From positions 1 through 13,249 of the forward strand of contig JBCNVD010000010.1 of the NCBI GenBank assembly GCA_039630345.1: 13,249 nucleotides of DNA. The letters are read 5' to 3'. Positions 1 to 7,800 of this stretch are shown piece after piece. Source of the stretch: Aquificaceae bacterium. GTDB lineage: Bacteria; Aquificota; Aquificia; Aquificales; Aquificaceae. The position numbers were made by a program, and so were the translations under genes. The notes beneath the pieces are model-generated. The model was not told the DNA's origin, did no database searches, and worked only from the letters and a program-made list of their open reading frames with translations. Within the stretch, counting starts at the first letter, position 1. Each line of letters begins with the position of its first letter.

Positions 1-117
1 TGACTTTTTTTTTTTTTTTTCTCATCCCTATTGTGTTTTTTCTTCTCCTGGTTTGTTTTTTTTTTACTCATTTTTTTTTTTTTAGGGGGGGGGTTAAACC
101 CCCCCCCGCCGCCCCCC
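1..117. other. Low-complexity poly-T / G9-C9 homopolymer region at the window start, probably low-quality contig-end sequence
   Basis: Long T runs in 1-83, then G9 (85-93), TTAAA, C9 (99-107), GCCG and C6 (112-117). The composition is unlike the rest of the window. Confidence 0.6.
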
Positions 118-120
118 ATG

Positions 121-126
121 TATAAT
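121..126 (+). promoter_or_regulatory. Consensus sigma70 -10 box, probably driving a leaderless transcript
   Basis: Perfect TATAAT 6 nt upstream of ATG 133, with no Shine-Dalgarno sequence in between. Confidence 0.55.
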
Positions 127-132
127 TTATCT

Positions 133-486
133 ATGCTTAAAATTCTCTGTGTTTTTGTAGCTTTGCTGTTTGGCTTTTCGCAATCAAAAGCCCAGCTAAT
201 ATCTCCCCCGATAGCGCCAAACTTGGGCCAGGATTTAAACTCTCTAAAGTCGTCGCTTGAGTTTAAAATAGCCAAGCAAAGACTCCTTGCCCTTGGCTAT
301 AGCGCTGAGGAAATAGAAAGAGCTCTCTCGGAGCTAAAACCCGAAGAGATAAGCGCCATAGCATCTCTAAAGTCCCGCGCCCCTTCTGGCTCAGACGCTC
401 TTAGCATCATAGTGGTCTCTCTCATCATAGCGATTTTGATAGTTGTTTTGCTAAGGCTAACAGATAGAGAAATCATCATCCGTTGA
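133..486 (+). CDS. PA2779-family (DUF6627-like) exported protein with a C-terminal hydrophobic anchor, 117 aa
   Basis: From ATG 133: signal peptide MLKILCVFVALLFGFSQSKA, then the family-like core RLLALGYSAEEIERALSELKPEEI, an APSGSD linker, a very hydrophobic helix ALSIIVVSLIIAILIVVLL and a short charged tail. It abuts a C39-like peptidase, the usual context for this family. The track start at 31 reads through homopolymer sequence and is not used. Confidence 0.75.
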   Translation: MLKILCVFVALLFGFSQSKAQLISPPIAPNLGQDLNSLKSSLEFKIAKQRLLALGYSAEEIERALSELKPEEISAIASLKSRAPSGSDALSIIVVSLIIAILIVVLLRLTDREIIIR

Positions 487-947
487 AAGTTATTTTTTTA
501 AGTATCTCAATAGCCTTTGCAGGCATCATAGATGTCCCTTTCTATAGGCAAGAAAAAAACCTCTGCGCCCAGAGCTCTCTCTCTTCGCTTCTAAGTTATT
601 TAAACCTCCCCTATTCCAAAGAAGAGCTAAACTCTCTTTATAGACCAGACATAAGGTCAACATCAGCGCTTGATGTGGCTCTATTTCTTCGCAAAAAGGG
701 TCTAAAGGCTAAAATAAAGAACTCAAACCTTGAAGAGTTAAAAAAGAGCATAGATTTAAATCTTCCCGTGATAGTTCTATATTCTCAAAGTCCTCTCTCT
801 CGCCCTCACTTTGCCCTGGTGGTTGGATACAGCGATTATTCTATCTTTTTGCACGATGGTCAAACGCCCTATCTTGAGCTAAGCTTTCAAAAGTTTGAAA
901 AAATGTGGTCAAGGGCGGATAACCTCGCTATTTTGATAGAGCCCTGA
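483..947 (+). CDS. C39-like (PA2778-type) cysteine peptidase, 154 aa
   Basis: VPFYRQ..LC (Q23, C28), PVIV, HFALVVGY (H109) and LHD (D125) match the papain-like C39 motifs. The N-terminus resembles a short signal peptide. The TTG start overlaps the upstream TGA (TTGA, 483-486). Confidence 0.8.
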   Translation: MKVIFLSISIAFAGIIDVPFYRQEKNLCAQSSLSSLLSYLNLPYSKEELNSLYRPDIRSTSALDVALFLRKKGLKAKIKNSNLEELKKSIDLNLPVIVLYSQSPLSRPHFALVVGYSDYSIFLHDGQTPYLELSFQKFEKMWSRADNLAILIEP

Positions 948-1653
948 GTCTACTTAAGACCTCTTTGTAAGCCTGTTTTATATCCCCAAGGTCAAAGCGA
1001 AAGTTGTCTTTGTCAAAGCTTTTATCATCTTTGTCCCTTAAGCGCATATTATCAGGCGATAGTTCATCAATTAGCAAAATCTCGCCATCTTTTATCCCGA
1101 ATTCAAGTTTTATGTCAACTAGCCTCAGGTTTATTTTCTTAAAGAGCTCAAAGAGCTCTGAATTTACTCTCCTTGCAATGGTTTTGATTTTATTTAGAGT
1201 TTGAGAATTTGCAATTTCAAGGGCTATTATGTGAGATTCGCAAATAATTGGGTCTCCAAGCTCGTCATTTTTTAAATAAAACTCCAAAAGCGGTTTTTTA
1301 AACTCTTTGCCTCTCTCTACTTTTAGCCTATTTACTATGCTGCCTTCGGCGAAGTTTCTTAAAACCACCTCGATGTCCAATCTTGTGGTTTTTAAAACAA
1401 CCATGGAGTTTTCAGAGTGCTTTTTAAGAAAGTGAGTTTTTATGCCCTTAGTTTCAAGATACTTAAATAGCTCGCAGGATATTTCGCAGCAGAGCTCTCC
1501 TTTGCCCTGAATGTTTGAGCTCTTCTTAGCGTTAAAGGCGGTCGCTGAGTCTTTAAAAACCATCAAAATCTGCTCTTTGTCAATTTCGTAAAGCGCCTTT
1601 GCCTTGCCCTCGTAGAGCTTTCGTGAGTCTTGCGTGAAACTGATATTACTCAT
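928..1653 (-). CDS. purC: Phosphoribosylaminoimidazole-succinocarboxamide (SAICAR) synthase
   Basis: LYEGKAK, FKDSATAFN, GKG, KTHF, EVVLRN.A.GS, KNDELGDP, LVDIKLEFG, DELSPD..RL.D and DKD.FR motifs. Confidence 0.97.
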   Translation of the reverse strand: MSNISFTQDSRKLYEGKAKALYEIDKEQILMVFKDSATAFNAKKSSNIQGKGELCCEISCELFKYLETKGIKTHFLKKHSENSMVVLKTTRLDIEVVLRNFAEGSIVNRLKVERGKEFKKPLLEFYLKNDELGDPIICESHIIALEIANSQTLNKIKTIARRVNSELFELFKKINLRLVDIKLEFGIKDGEILLIDELSPDNMRLRDKDDKSFDKDNFRFDLGDIKQAYKEVLSRLRALSK

Positions 1654-1669
1654 AAAACTTGCCCTACCT

Positions 1670-1695
1670 TGCTATAAAATCATAACTTAAGGAGG
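1670..1695. promoter_or_regulatory. Divergent purC/pilT promoter region and pilT ribosome-binding site
   Basis: On the + strand, TGcTATAAAAT at 1670-1680 (extended -10-like). On the - strand, TATGAT at 1679-1684. AAGGAGG at 1689-1695 lies 7 nt before ATG 1703. Confidence 0.5.
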
Positions 1696-1702
1696 GCAGC
1701 TG

Positions 1703-2794
1703 ATGACCCCTACTGCTCAGCAACAAGAAATTCGTCTCATAGACATTCTTATGAAAGCCCAGCAAACAGGAGCTTCTGACATTCACCTGACAGTTGGTGC
1801 AAGGCCCTGTCTAAGGATTGACGGGCATATAACCCCCCTTCAGGAATATCCCCCACTTACCCCTGATGTTACCCAGAAAATATCCTACTCTGTCATGTCT
1901 GAAAAGCACAGAAAAACCCTTGAAGAAAAAGGTCAGGTTGACTTCTCTTTCGGCGTTAAAGACATAGGTCGCTTCCGTGCAAATGTCTTTTTCCAAAGAG
2001 GCGCAATATCCGCAGTCTTTCGTAGACTGCCAAGCAAAATAAGAAATGTCTCAGAGCTTGGCCTGACCGAAAGAGTCCTTGAGATATGCCACAAAAGCAT
2101 GGGCATAGTTCTGGTCACCGGCCCAACTGGTTCTGGAAAAACAACCACCTTGGCAGCTCTTTTAAACTACATTAACGAAAACTTCGCCCATCACATCCTG
2201 ACGATCGAAGACCCGATTGAATACACATACCCTCACAAAAAATCCATCGTCAATCAGCGTGAAATTGGCGAAGATGTTCAAAACTTTGCAGACGCGCTTC
2301 GCGCAGCTCTTCGTGAAGACCCTGATGTTATTCTGGTCGGTGAGATGCGTGACCTTGAGACCATCCAGATAGCTCTCAAAGCTGCAGAAACCGGTCACCT
2401 GGTTTTTGGAACGCTTCACACAAACACTGCAATATCCACAATCACCCGTATCATCGACGTTTTCCCACCAGAACAACAAGAGCAAATCCGCGTCCAGCTA
2501 TCTTTCTCTCTTCAGGCGGTTTTATCTCAAAGGCTGATTCCAAAAATAGGCGGAGGTAGGGTTCTTGCTTATGAGCTTATGATTCCAAATACCGCTATAA
2601 GAAACCTCATTCGCGAAAACAAACTCCAGCAAATTTACTCTCTCATGCAGGCAGGTCAGGCTCAAACCGGTATGCAAACTATGAACCAGTCTCTATATGG
2701 TCATATCAAAGCAGGAAGAATAACCATAGACGACGCTTACAAATACACCCCTGATCCTAAAGAGCTTGATAGAATGCTAGGGAGGGCAAGCTAA
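1703..2794 (+). CDS. pilT: Type IV pilus retraction ATPase PilT
   Basis: ASDIHL, Walker A GPTGSGKTTT, Asp box TIEDPIE, Walker B LREDPDVILVGEMRD, His box AAETGHLVFGTLHT and the PilT-specific AIRNLIRE motif. Confidence 0.97.
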   Translation: MTPTAQQQEIRLIDILMKAQQTGASDIHLTVGARPCLRIDGHITPLQEYPPLTPDVTQKISYSVMSEKHRKTLEEKGQVDFSFGVKDIGRFRANVFFQRGAISAVFRRLPSKIRNVSELGLTERVLEICHKSMGIVLVTGPTGSGKTTTLAALLNYINENFAHHILTIEDPIEYTYPHKKSIVNQREIGEDVQNFADALRAALREDPDVILVGEMRDLETIQIALKAAETGHLVFGTLHTNTAISTITRIIDVFPPEQQEQIRVQLSFSLQAVLSQRLIPKIGGGRVLAYELMIPNTAIRNLIRENKLQQIYSLMQAGQAQTGMQTMNQSLYGHIKAGRITIDDAYKYTPDPKELDRMLGRAS

Positions 2795-4032
2795 TGCCAA
2801 AGTTTAAATATCGCGCAATTGACGAAAACGGCTCTATCATTCAGGCAGAGGCTGTATTTGGTAGTGAGACAGAACTCCTTGCAGAGCTACAAAGCAGAGG
2901 TCTTACGCCAATAGATGTTAAATCCTTTGGCGGTGACTCTCAAGAGGGCAAAAAGGGCCTTAACCTAAACATCCAGATAGGCGGAGGCGGGGTAAAAGAC
3001 AGAGACATATCAATCTTTTGTCGCCAGCTTGGAACGATGGTGAACGCAGGTCTTGCGGTCGTGGATGGTCTAAACATCATCGCAGACCAGCTTCCAAACA
3101 AAACCCTGTCTTCAGCTGCAAAAAATGTTGCAAAGATGGTAAGCGAAGGTCTTCCTATCTCTACCGCCATGGCAAAGCATCCGAAAGCCTTTCCGGAATT
3201 TGTTATAAATCTGGTTAAGGTGGGTGAAGAGACCGGTAATCTCGACCTTGCTCTAAAGCGGGCTGCTGACTATTACGAAAAGATGGCGATGATAAAGAGC
3301 AAGATAAAGAGCGCCTCTTTCTACCCAACTTTCGTCTTTGTGGTTGCGGTTGCTATAATAACCGGTATTTTATACTTCCTTGTCCCTACTTTCGCAGAAA
3401 TTTACAAATCCATGGGAGGTGAGCTCCCTGCCCCTACTCGCCTCTTGATGGCAGCTTCGGATGTGGTTCGCACGAAAATGCCAATAGTTATCGCCATAGT
3501 GGTAGTTGTGTTTCTGATTCACAAATACCTTATGAAAACTGTCTATCCATATAAACGCGCTGTTCACAAATTCTCTTTAAGAGCTCCCAAGATGGGAGAG
3601 CTCGTTATGAAAAGCACCATGGCTAAATTTTCAAGAACGATGGCAACTCTTTTCTCAAGTGGCGTTACTTTAGAGCGCTCTTTTGAAATAGCGGGTCAGG
3701 TTACAGGCAATGTCATTATTAAAGAGGCTCTTGAAAAGGCCAAAAAGGGCGTTCTGGAAGGAGAGCCAATGCATAAAGCAATAGCCAAAACCAAGATGTT
3801 TCCACCGCTTGTTGTTTCTATGATAAGAGTCGGCGAAGATACAGGAAGACTTGACGAGATGCTTGACACTATAGCGAGGTTTTTCGAGGATGAGTTTGAC
3901 AAAACCGTAGAAGGTCTTATAAAGATGATTGAGCCCATGCTTATAGTTTTCATCGGTGGGGCAGTTGGCTTGATCCTTATTGCTCTTTATCTACCCATCT
4001 TCAAGATGGGAGATTTGATGAAAACCCAGTAA
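2794..4032 (+). CDS. pilC: Type IV pilus inner-membrane platform protein PilC (T2SS F family)
   Basis: Two T2SSF repeats (F.RQL.TM..AG, VGEETGNLD, YP..V, VP.F..IY...GGELP..T, VGEDTGRLDEML, EP.L...G..VG....ALYLPIF). The start overlaps the pilT stop (TAATG). Confidence 0.95.
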   Translation: MPKFKYRAIDENGSIIQAEAVFGSETELLAELQSRGLTPIDVKSFGGDSQEGKKGLNLNIQIGGGGVKDRDISIFCRQLGTMVNAGLAVVDGLNIIADQLPNKTLSSAAKNVAKMVSEGLPISTAMAKHPKAFPEFVINLVKVGEETGNLDLALKRAADYYEKMAMIKSKIKSASFYPTFVFVVAVAIITGILYFLVPTFAEIYKSMGGELPAPTRLLMAASDVVRTKMPIVIAIVVVVFLIHKYLMKTVYPYKRAVHKFSLRAPKMGELVMKSTMAKFSRTMATLFSSGVTLERSFEIAGQVTGNVIIKEALEKAKKGVLEGEPMHKAIAKTKMFPPLVVSMIRVGEDTGRLDEMLDTIARFFEDEFDKTVEGLIKMIEPMLIVFIGGAVGLILIALYLPIFKMGDLMKTQ

Positions 4033-4048
4033 GCGCCGGAGGTTTGAG

Positions 4049-5797
4049 TTGAAAAAAAGAGGGGCAGACCTTATCATAGAGGTTCTTAAAAAAGAGGGCG
4101 TTGAGGTTGTTTTTGGTCACCCGGGCGGTGCGATTATGGAGGTTTACGACGCCCTATACCGCGAGGGCGGTATAAAGCACATCCTTGCAAGGCACGAGCA
4201 GGGCGCAGGTCATATGGCCGAAGGTTATGCAAAGGTTAGCGGAAAGGTAGGCGTTGCCATGTCGACCTCTGGCCCCGGGGCTACCAATTTAGTTACCGCC
4301 ATAGCCGACGCTTATATGGACTCAGTGCCCACGGTTTTTATAACGGGTCAGGTTCCAACTCACCTAATTGGCAACGACGCCTTTCAGGAAGTGGACATAG
4401 TAGGCATCACAAGACCCATAACCAAGCATAGCATTCTGGTAAAAAGAAGCGAAGACCTGGCTCTTGCACTCCGTCAGGCTTTTTATATTGCAAGGACTGG
4501 AAGACCGGGCCCAGTGCTGGTGGACATTCCAAAAGACATCACCCAAAAGCCAGCACCTGAATACATACCATCTGACAAAGAGGTGCTTGATTCTATACCG
4601 GGCTATCGCCCGCATATAGAGGGAAACATCCAGCAAATCAAAAAGGCTCTATCTTTGATGCTTGAGGCCAAAAGGCCGGTTTTATATGTAGGTGGCGGTG
4701 CGGTCTCTTCTGACGCCCAGCAAGAGCTTTTAACTCTGGCGCAAAAGCTACACATTCCGGTAACCACGACAAATATGGGCAAAGGCGCATTTCCCGAAGA
4801 GCATCCTCTGTCTCTTCACATGCTTGGCATGCACGGCACTTACTACGCCAACATGGCGGTTTATAATTGCGACCTTCTTATCGCTGCGGGCGCAAGATTT
4901 GACGACAGGGTCACCGGCAAAATTGACGAGTTTGCTCCAAATGCAAAAATCATCCACATAGACATAGACCCGGCTTCCATTTCCAAAAACATCGTGGTTG
5001 ATGTGCCAATAGTTGGGGATATAAAAATAATCCTTAGAAAGCTCCTTTCAGAGCTTGAGAAAGTTCAGTTTGAAATCCCACCCGAGCGCCGTCAGTGGGT
5101 TGAAAACATTCTGGATCTAAAGAGGAGATATCCTTTAAGATACGAGCGCTCAAGCACTGTTATAAAGCCCCAGTTTGTGATAGAGCGCATCCATAGTCTT
5201 ACAAAGGGCAAAGCCTACATAAGTGCGGGCGTTGGTCAGCACCAGATGTGGGCTGCTATGTTTTATAGGTATTCTTTCCCAAGGCAGTTTATCAACTCTG
5301 GCGGTCTTGGTACTATGGGCTTTGGTCTTCCTGCTGCCATAGGTGCAAAGGTCGCAAAACCAGACCACGAAGTTTTCGTAATAGACGGTGATGGCTCTTT
5401 TCAAATGACTATGCAAGAGCTTATCACTGCAGTCCAGTATCGCATAGCCGTAAAGGTCGCAATAATCAACAACGCCTATCTGGGGATGGTCCGCCAGTGG
5501 CAAGAGCTATTTTACGAAAAGCGCTATTCAGAGGTTGATCTAACCCTGCAGCCGGATTTTGTAAAACTCGCAGAGTCCTTTGGGGCAGTTGGTCTGAGGG
5601 CAAAGACCCCTGATGAGGTGGATGAGGTAATAGGTAAAGCTCTGGAGGTTCAGGATAGACCCGTGGTTATGGACTTTCATGTGGATAGAGAAGAAAATGT
5701 CCTTCCAATGGTTCCTGCGGGTAAATCCTACAGAGACATGATTTTAGAAGACGGAAGAAAGGTAGTCGAAGCAGAAACGATGTATTTAGTTGGTTGA
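4049..5797 (+). CDS. ilvB: Acetolactate synthase large (catalytic) subunit, biosynthetic type
   Basis: FGHPGGA, RHEQGAGHMAEGYA, TSGPGATN, AFQEVD, GRPGPVLVDIPKD, GMHG, RFDDRVTG, GVGQHQMW and the TPP motif GDGS..M...NN..LGMVRQWQ. TTG start with GGAGG at 4038-4042. Confidence 0.97.
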   Translation: MKKRGADLIIEVLKKEGVEVVFGHPGGAIMEVYDALYREGGIKHILARHEQGAGHMAEGYAKVSGKVGVAMSTSGPGATNLVTAIADAYMDSVPTVFITGQVPTHLIGNDAFQEVDIVGITRPITKHSILVKRSEDLALALRQAFYIARTGRPGPVLVDIPKDITQKPAPEYIPSDKEVLDSIPGYRPHIEGNIQQIKKALSLMLEAKRPVLYVGGGAVSSDAQQELLTLAQKLHIPVTTTNMGKGAFPEEHPLSLHMLGMHGTYYANMAVYNCDLLIAAGARFDDRVTGKIDEFAPNAKIIHIDIDPASISKNIVVDVPIVGDIKIILRKLLSELEKVQFEIPPERRQWVENILDLKRRYPLRYERSSTVIKPQFVIERIHSLTKGKAYISAGVGQHQMWAAMFYRYSFPRQFINSGGLGTMGFGLPAAIGAKVAKPDHEVFVIDGDGSFQMTMQELITAVQYRIAVKVAIINNAYLGMVRQWQELFYEKRYSEVDLTLQPDFVKLAESFGAVGLRAKTPDEVDEVIGKALEVQDRPVVMDFHVDREENVLPMVPAGKSYRDMILEDGRKVVEAETMYLVG

Positions 5798-6572
5798 GAG
5801 GTTTTCTCTTCTTTACAGAAGGGGCGGTCTTGGGGATACGCTCCTTACCTTTCCCATTCTTGAGCTTCTTAAAAAGGCCGGCAAAAAATTAGTCGCCGTT
5901 GGAAACACTGACTACTTTATAATCGCAAAAGAATTAGGCTGGGCCATAGAGGTATATTCTCAAATACCAAATCTTGATTTTGAAAGCAAAATAATAATCT
6001 CTGTTGATGGGAATTTATTTCCATTTCCCAAAAAGAGAGAGTGGATAGTGGATTACTATTTAAGGTCGCTAAATTTAAAAGGAGAATTTTCAAAAACATT
6101 ACCTTTAAAACCTCTTGATAAAAGTCCTTTGAGCTTTAAAGCGGTTGTGCATCCATCAAGTGGGTCAAAGAAGAAAAACCTCTCGCCGGAAGTGTTTTTA
6201 AAAATTGAGTATAAGCTTAAAAAACTTGGCTATGAGACCATATACTTGCTGGGAGAGGCGGATCTATGGCTTGAAGAGCATGTTAAAAACTGCTTTTATA
6301 TCAGCTCTCTTCTTGAAACTGCCAGAGCTTTAAAGACTGCTGCTTTGTTTGTGGGGGTAGATAGCGGTCTTTCTCACCTTGCCAGCTATTGTGGGGTAAG
6401 AACCTACATTCTCTATGGCCCCACAGATAAACTCATCTGGAAGCCTATTGGCGAGAGATTCTATCAATTAAGTCTTGACCTTTCCTGCAGTCCTTGTTTT
6501 CCCAATGTTTGCAAAGAGCGCCCTTGTTTAGGTCATGATATTTTAAGCGTCTTTGACGCTGTGATATCATAA
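5790..6572 (+). CDS. Glycosyltransferase family 9 (LPS heptosyltransferase-like), compact 260 aa
   Basis: GGLGDTLL..P, HPSSG..KK, GVDSGLSHLA, LYGPTD...W.P and C-terminal CSPC....C....C motifs typical of GT9. Confidence 0.85.
   Translation: MVERFSLLYRRGGLGDTLLTFPILELLKKAGKKLVAVGNTDYFIIAKELGWAIEVYSQIPNLDFESKIIISVDGNLFPFPKKREWIVDYYLRSLNLKGEFSKTLPLKPLDKSPLSFKAVVHPSSGSKKKNLSPEVFLKIEYKLKKLGYETIYLLGEADLWLEEHVKNCFYISSLLETARALKTAALFVGVDSGLSHLASYCGVRTYILYGPTDKLIWKPIGERFYQLSLDLSCSPCFPNVCKERPCLGHDILSVFDAVIS
6562..6570 (+). promoter_or_regulatory. Extended -10 box (TGnTATCAT) for ilvN
   Basis: TGATATCAT ends 8 nt upstream of ATG 6579, with no Shine-Dalgarno sequence in between. Confidence 0.4.
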
Positions 6573-6578
6573 ACAGAT

Positions 6579-7115
6579 ATGTCAAATAGATACTACAGAC
6601 CACTCAAGCAAGGAGAGAGAAGAAGACACATCATTTACGCCCTTGTCAGAAACGAGTTTGGCGTTCTTGCAAGAATCGCTACCTTGATTGCGGGAAAGGG
6701 TTATAACATCGAAGACCTCTCCGTTGGGCAAACTCACGAAGAGGGCATTTCCAGAATGACGCTTGAGGTTATTGGCGACGATGTTGTTATAGATCAGGTT
6801 GTGAAACAGCTAAGGAAGCTAATAGACACCATTAAAGTCGTTGATTTGACTGATGTCCCGCATGTTGAGAGAGAGCTGGCTCTTATTAAAGTAAACGCCC
6901 AGTCTTTTGAAGTAAGGCAGGAGATCATGAGACTTTGTGAAATATTTAGAGCGAAGGTGGTTGATGTATCTCAGAGCAGTTATTCTATTGAAATAACAGG
7001 TTCAGGGGATAAAATAGACGCTTTTGCAAGGCTTTTGCAACCTTTTGGAATTATTGAAATGGCAAGAACCGGAAAGGTAGCCCTTCGCAGAGAGGGCACT
7101 TACGAAGAGGATTGA
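6579..7115 (+). CDS. ilvN: Acetolactate synthase small (regulatory) subunit
   Basis: ACT domain V.N..GVLARIA.L...GYNI..L.V, then QV.KQL.KLID.IKV, ERELALIKV, FRAKVVDV and E.ARTG.VAL.R. Confidence 0.96.
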   Translation: MSNRYYRPLKQGERRRHIIYALVRNEFGVLARIATLIAGKGYNIEDLSVGQTHEEGISRMTLEVIGDDVVIDQVVKQLRKLIDTIKVVDLTDVPHVERELALIKVNAQSFEVRQEIMRLCEIFRAKVVDVSQSSYSIEITGSGDKIDAFARLLQPFGIIEMARTGKVALRREGTYEED

Positions 7116-7636
7116 AAGTCCAGATAAACTCTTGAAGGCGTTGGTCCTTTCTGGTTTTTGTACTTTCCTGAGTATGGCTTTTCGCAAGGGGCTTCCAGCT
7201 TTGCTATAACTATCTGGCATATTCTTATGCCTGAGTAGATTCTAATGGGGTTTGAGTTGGCGTTATAGAGCTCTAGAGTTAGCTGACCTTCAAAGCCTGC
7301 GTCTACCCATCCTGCGTTCTGGATAAATAGCCCGAGCCTTCCAAGAGAGGATCTGCCCTCTACAAAAGCTGTTAGATTATCCGGAAGCTGGATGTATTCT
7401 CTTGTGGAAGCTAGCATAAAAGCCTTTGGGGGTATTTCAAAGCCATCTTTGGGGATTTTTATAACCTCTGTTGGATTTTGTGGGCTTTTGACATCGATAG
7501 GACCTACATAAAATAAAAGCTCTTCTGAGAGGGTTAAATCTATTGAAGATGGCTGTATCTGGGATATATCAAAAGGGGAAATCTTTAGCTCTCCGCTTTT
7601 AATTAGCTTCTTTAAGCTGGCGTCACTTAATATCAT
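7100..7636 (-). CDS. dcd: dCTP deaminase, probably the dUMP-forming bifunctional type
   Basis: MILSD, IQPSSIDLTL, EGRSSLGRLG, AGWVDAGFEGQLTLE, RICQ and Y.GKY..Q motifs. Confidence 0.95.
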   Translation of the reverse strand: MILSDASLKKLIKSGELKISPFDISQIQPSSIDLTLSEELLFYVGPIDVKSPQNPTEVIKIPKDGFEIPPKAFMLASTREYIQLPDNLTAFVEGRSSLGRLGLFIQNAGWVDAGFEGQLTLELYNANSNPIRIYSGIRICQIVIAKLEAPCEKPYSGKYKNQKGPTPSRVYLDFQSSS

Positions 7637-7643
7637 GGCTATA

Positions 7644-7727
7644 TGGGGATGGAGGGACTCGAACCCTCACGGCCTTTAAGCCCGCGGATTTTAAGTCCGC
7701 TGCGTCTGCCAGTTCCGCCACACCCCC
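7644..7727 (-). tRNA. tRNA-Leu, anticodon UAA, 84 nt, CCA not encoded
   Basis: The - strand folds into a cloverleaf: acceptor GGGGGTG/CATCCCC plus discriminator A, D-arm TGGCGGAACTGGCAGACGC, anticodon arm GCGGA-CTTAAAA-TCCGC, long variable arm GGC-TTAAAG-GCC and T-arm GAGGG-TTCGAGT-CCCTC. Confidence 0.97.
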
Positions 7728-7738
7728 GCATATTTGAG

Positions 7739-7744
7739 ATTATA
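7739..7744 (-). promoter_or_regulatory. -10 box for the tRNA-Leu(-dcd) transcript
   Basis: Perfect TATAAT on the - strand, 11 nt upstream of the mature tRNA 5' end. Confidence 0.55.
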
Positions 7745-7750
7745 ACCTCT

Positions 7751-7785
7751 GGGGGGTTGAAGGGGGGCAAAGCCCCCCTTCGTTT
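7751..7785 (+). repeat. Dispersed G-tract + hairpin element, copy A
   Basis: GGGGGG TT GAAGGGGGGC AAA GCCCCCCTTC GTTT, with a perfect 10-bp stem at 7759-7781. It shares GGGGGTTGAAGGGGG and CCCCCTTCGTTT with the copy at 12239-12269. Confidence 0.8.
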
Positions 7786-7800
7786 AATATTAGTTTAGTA

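Noticed and set aside
31..132. N-terminal extension MCFFFSWF...GGGLNPPPPPP of ORF 31..486
   Set aside because: It is a translation of homopolymer, low-complexity sequence. ATG 133 gives a clean signal peptide and follows a TATAAT box.
7644..7727. tRNA-Leu as an integration site for a prophage or island
   Set aside because: No integrase, no duplicated tRNA 3' end seen in the window, and housekeeping genes on both sides.
7745..7800. Hairpin upstream of thrC as a threonine attenuator or T-box riboswitch
   Set aside because: No Thr-rich leader peptide or T-box motif, the intergenic space is only 73 nt, and the same element occurs before secA.
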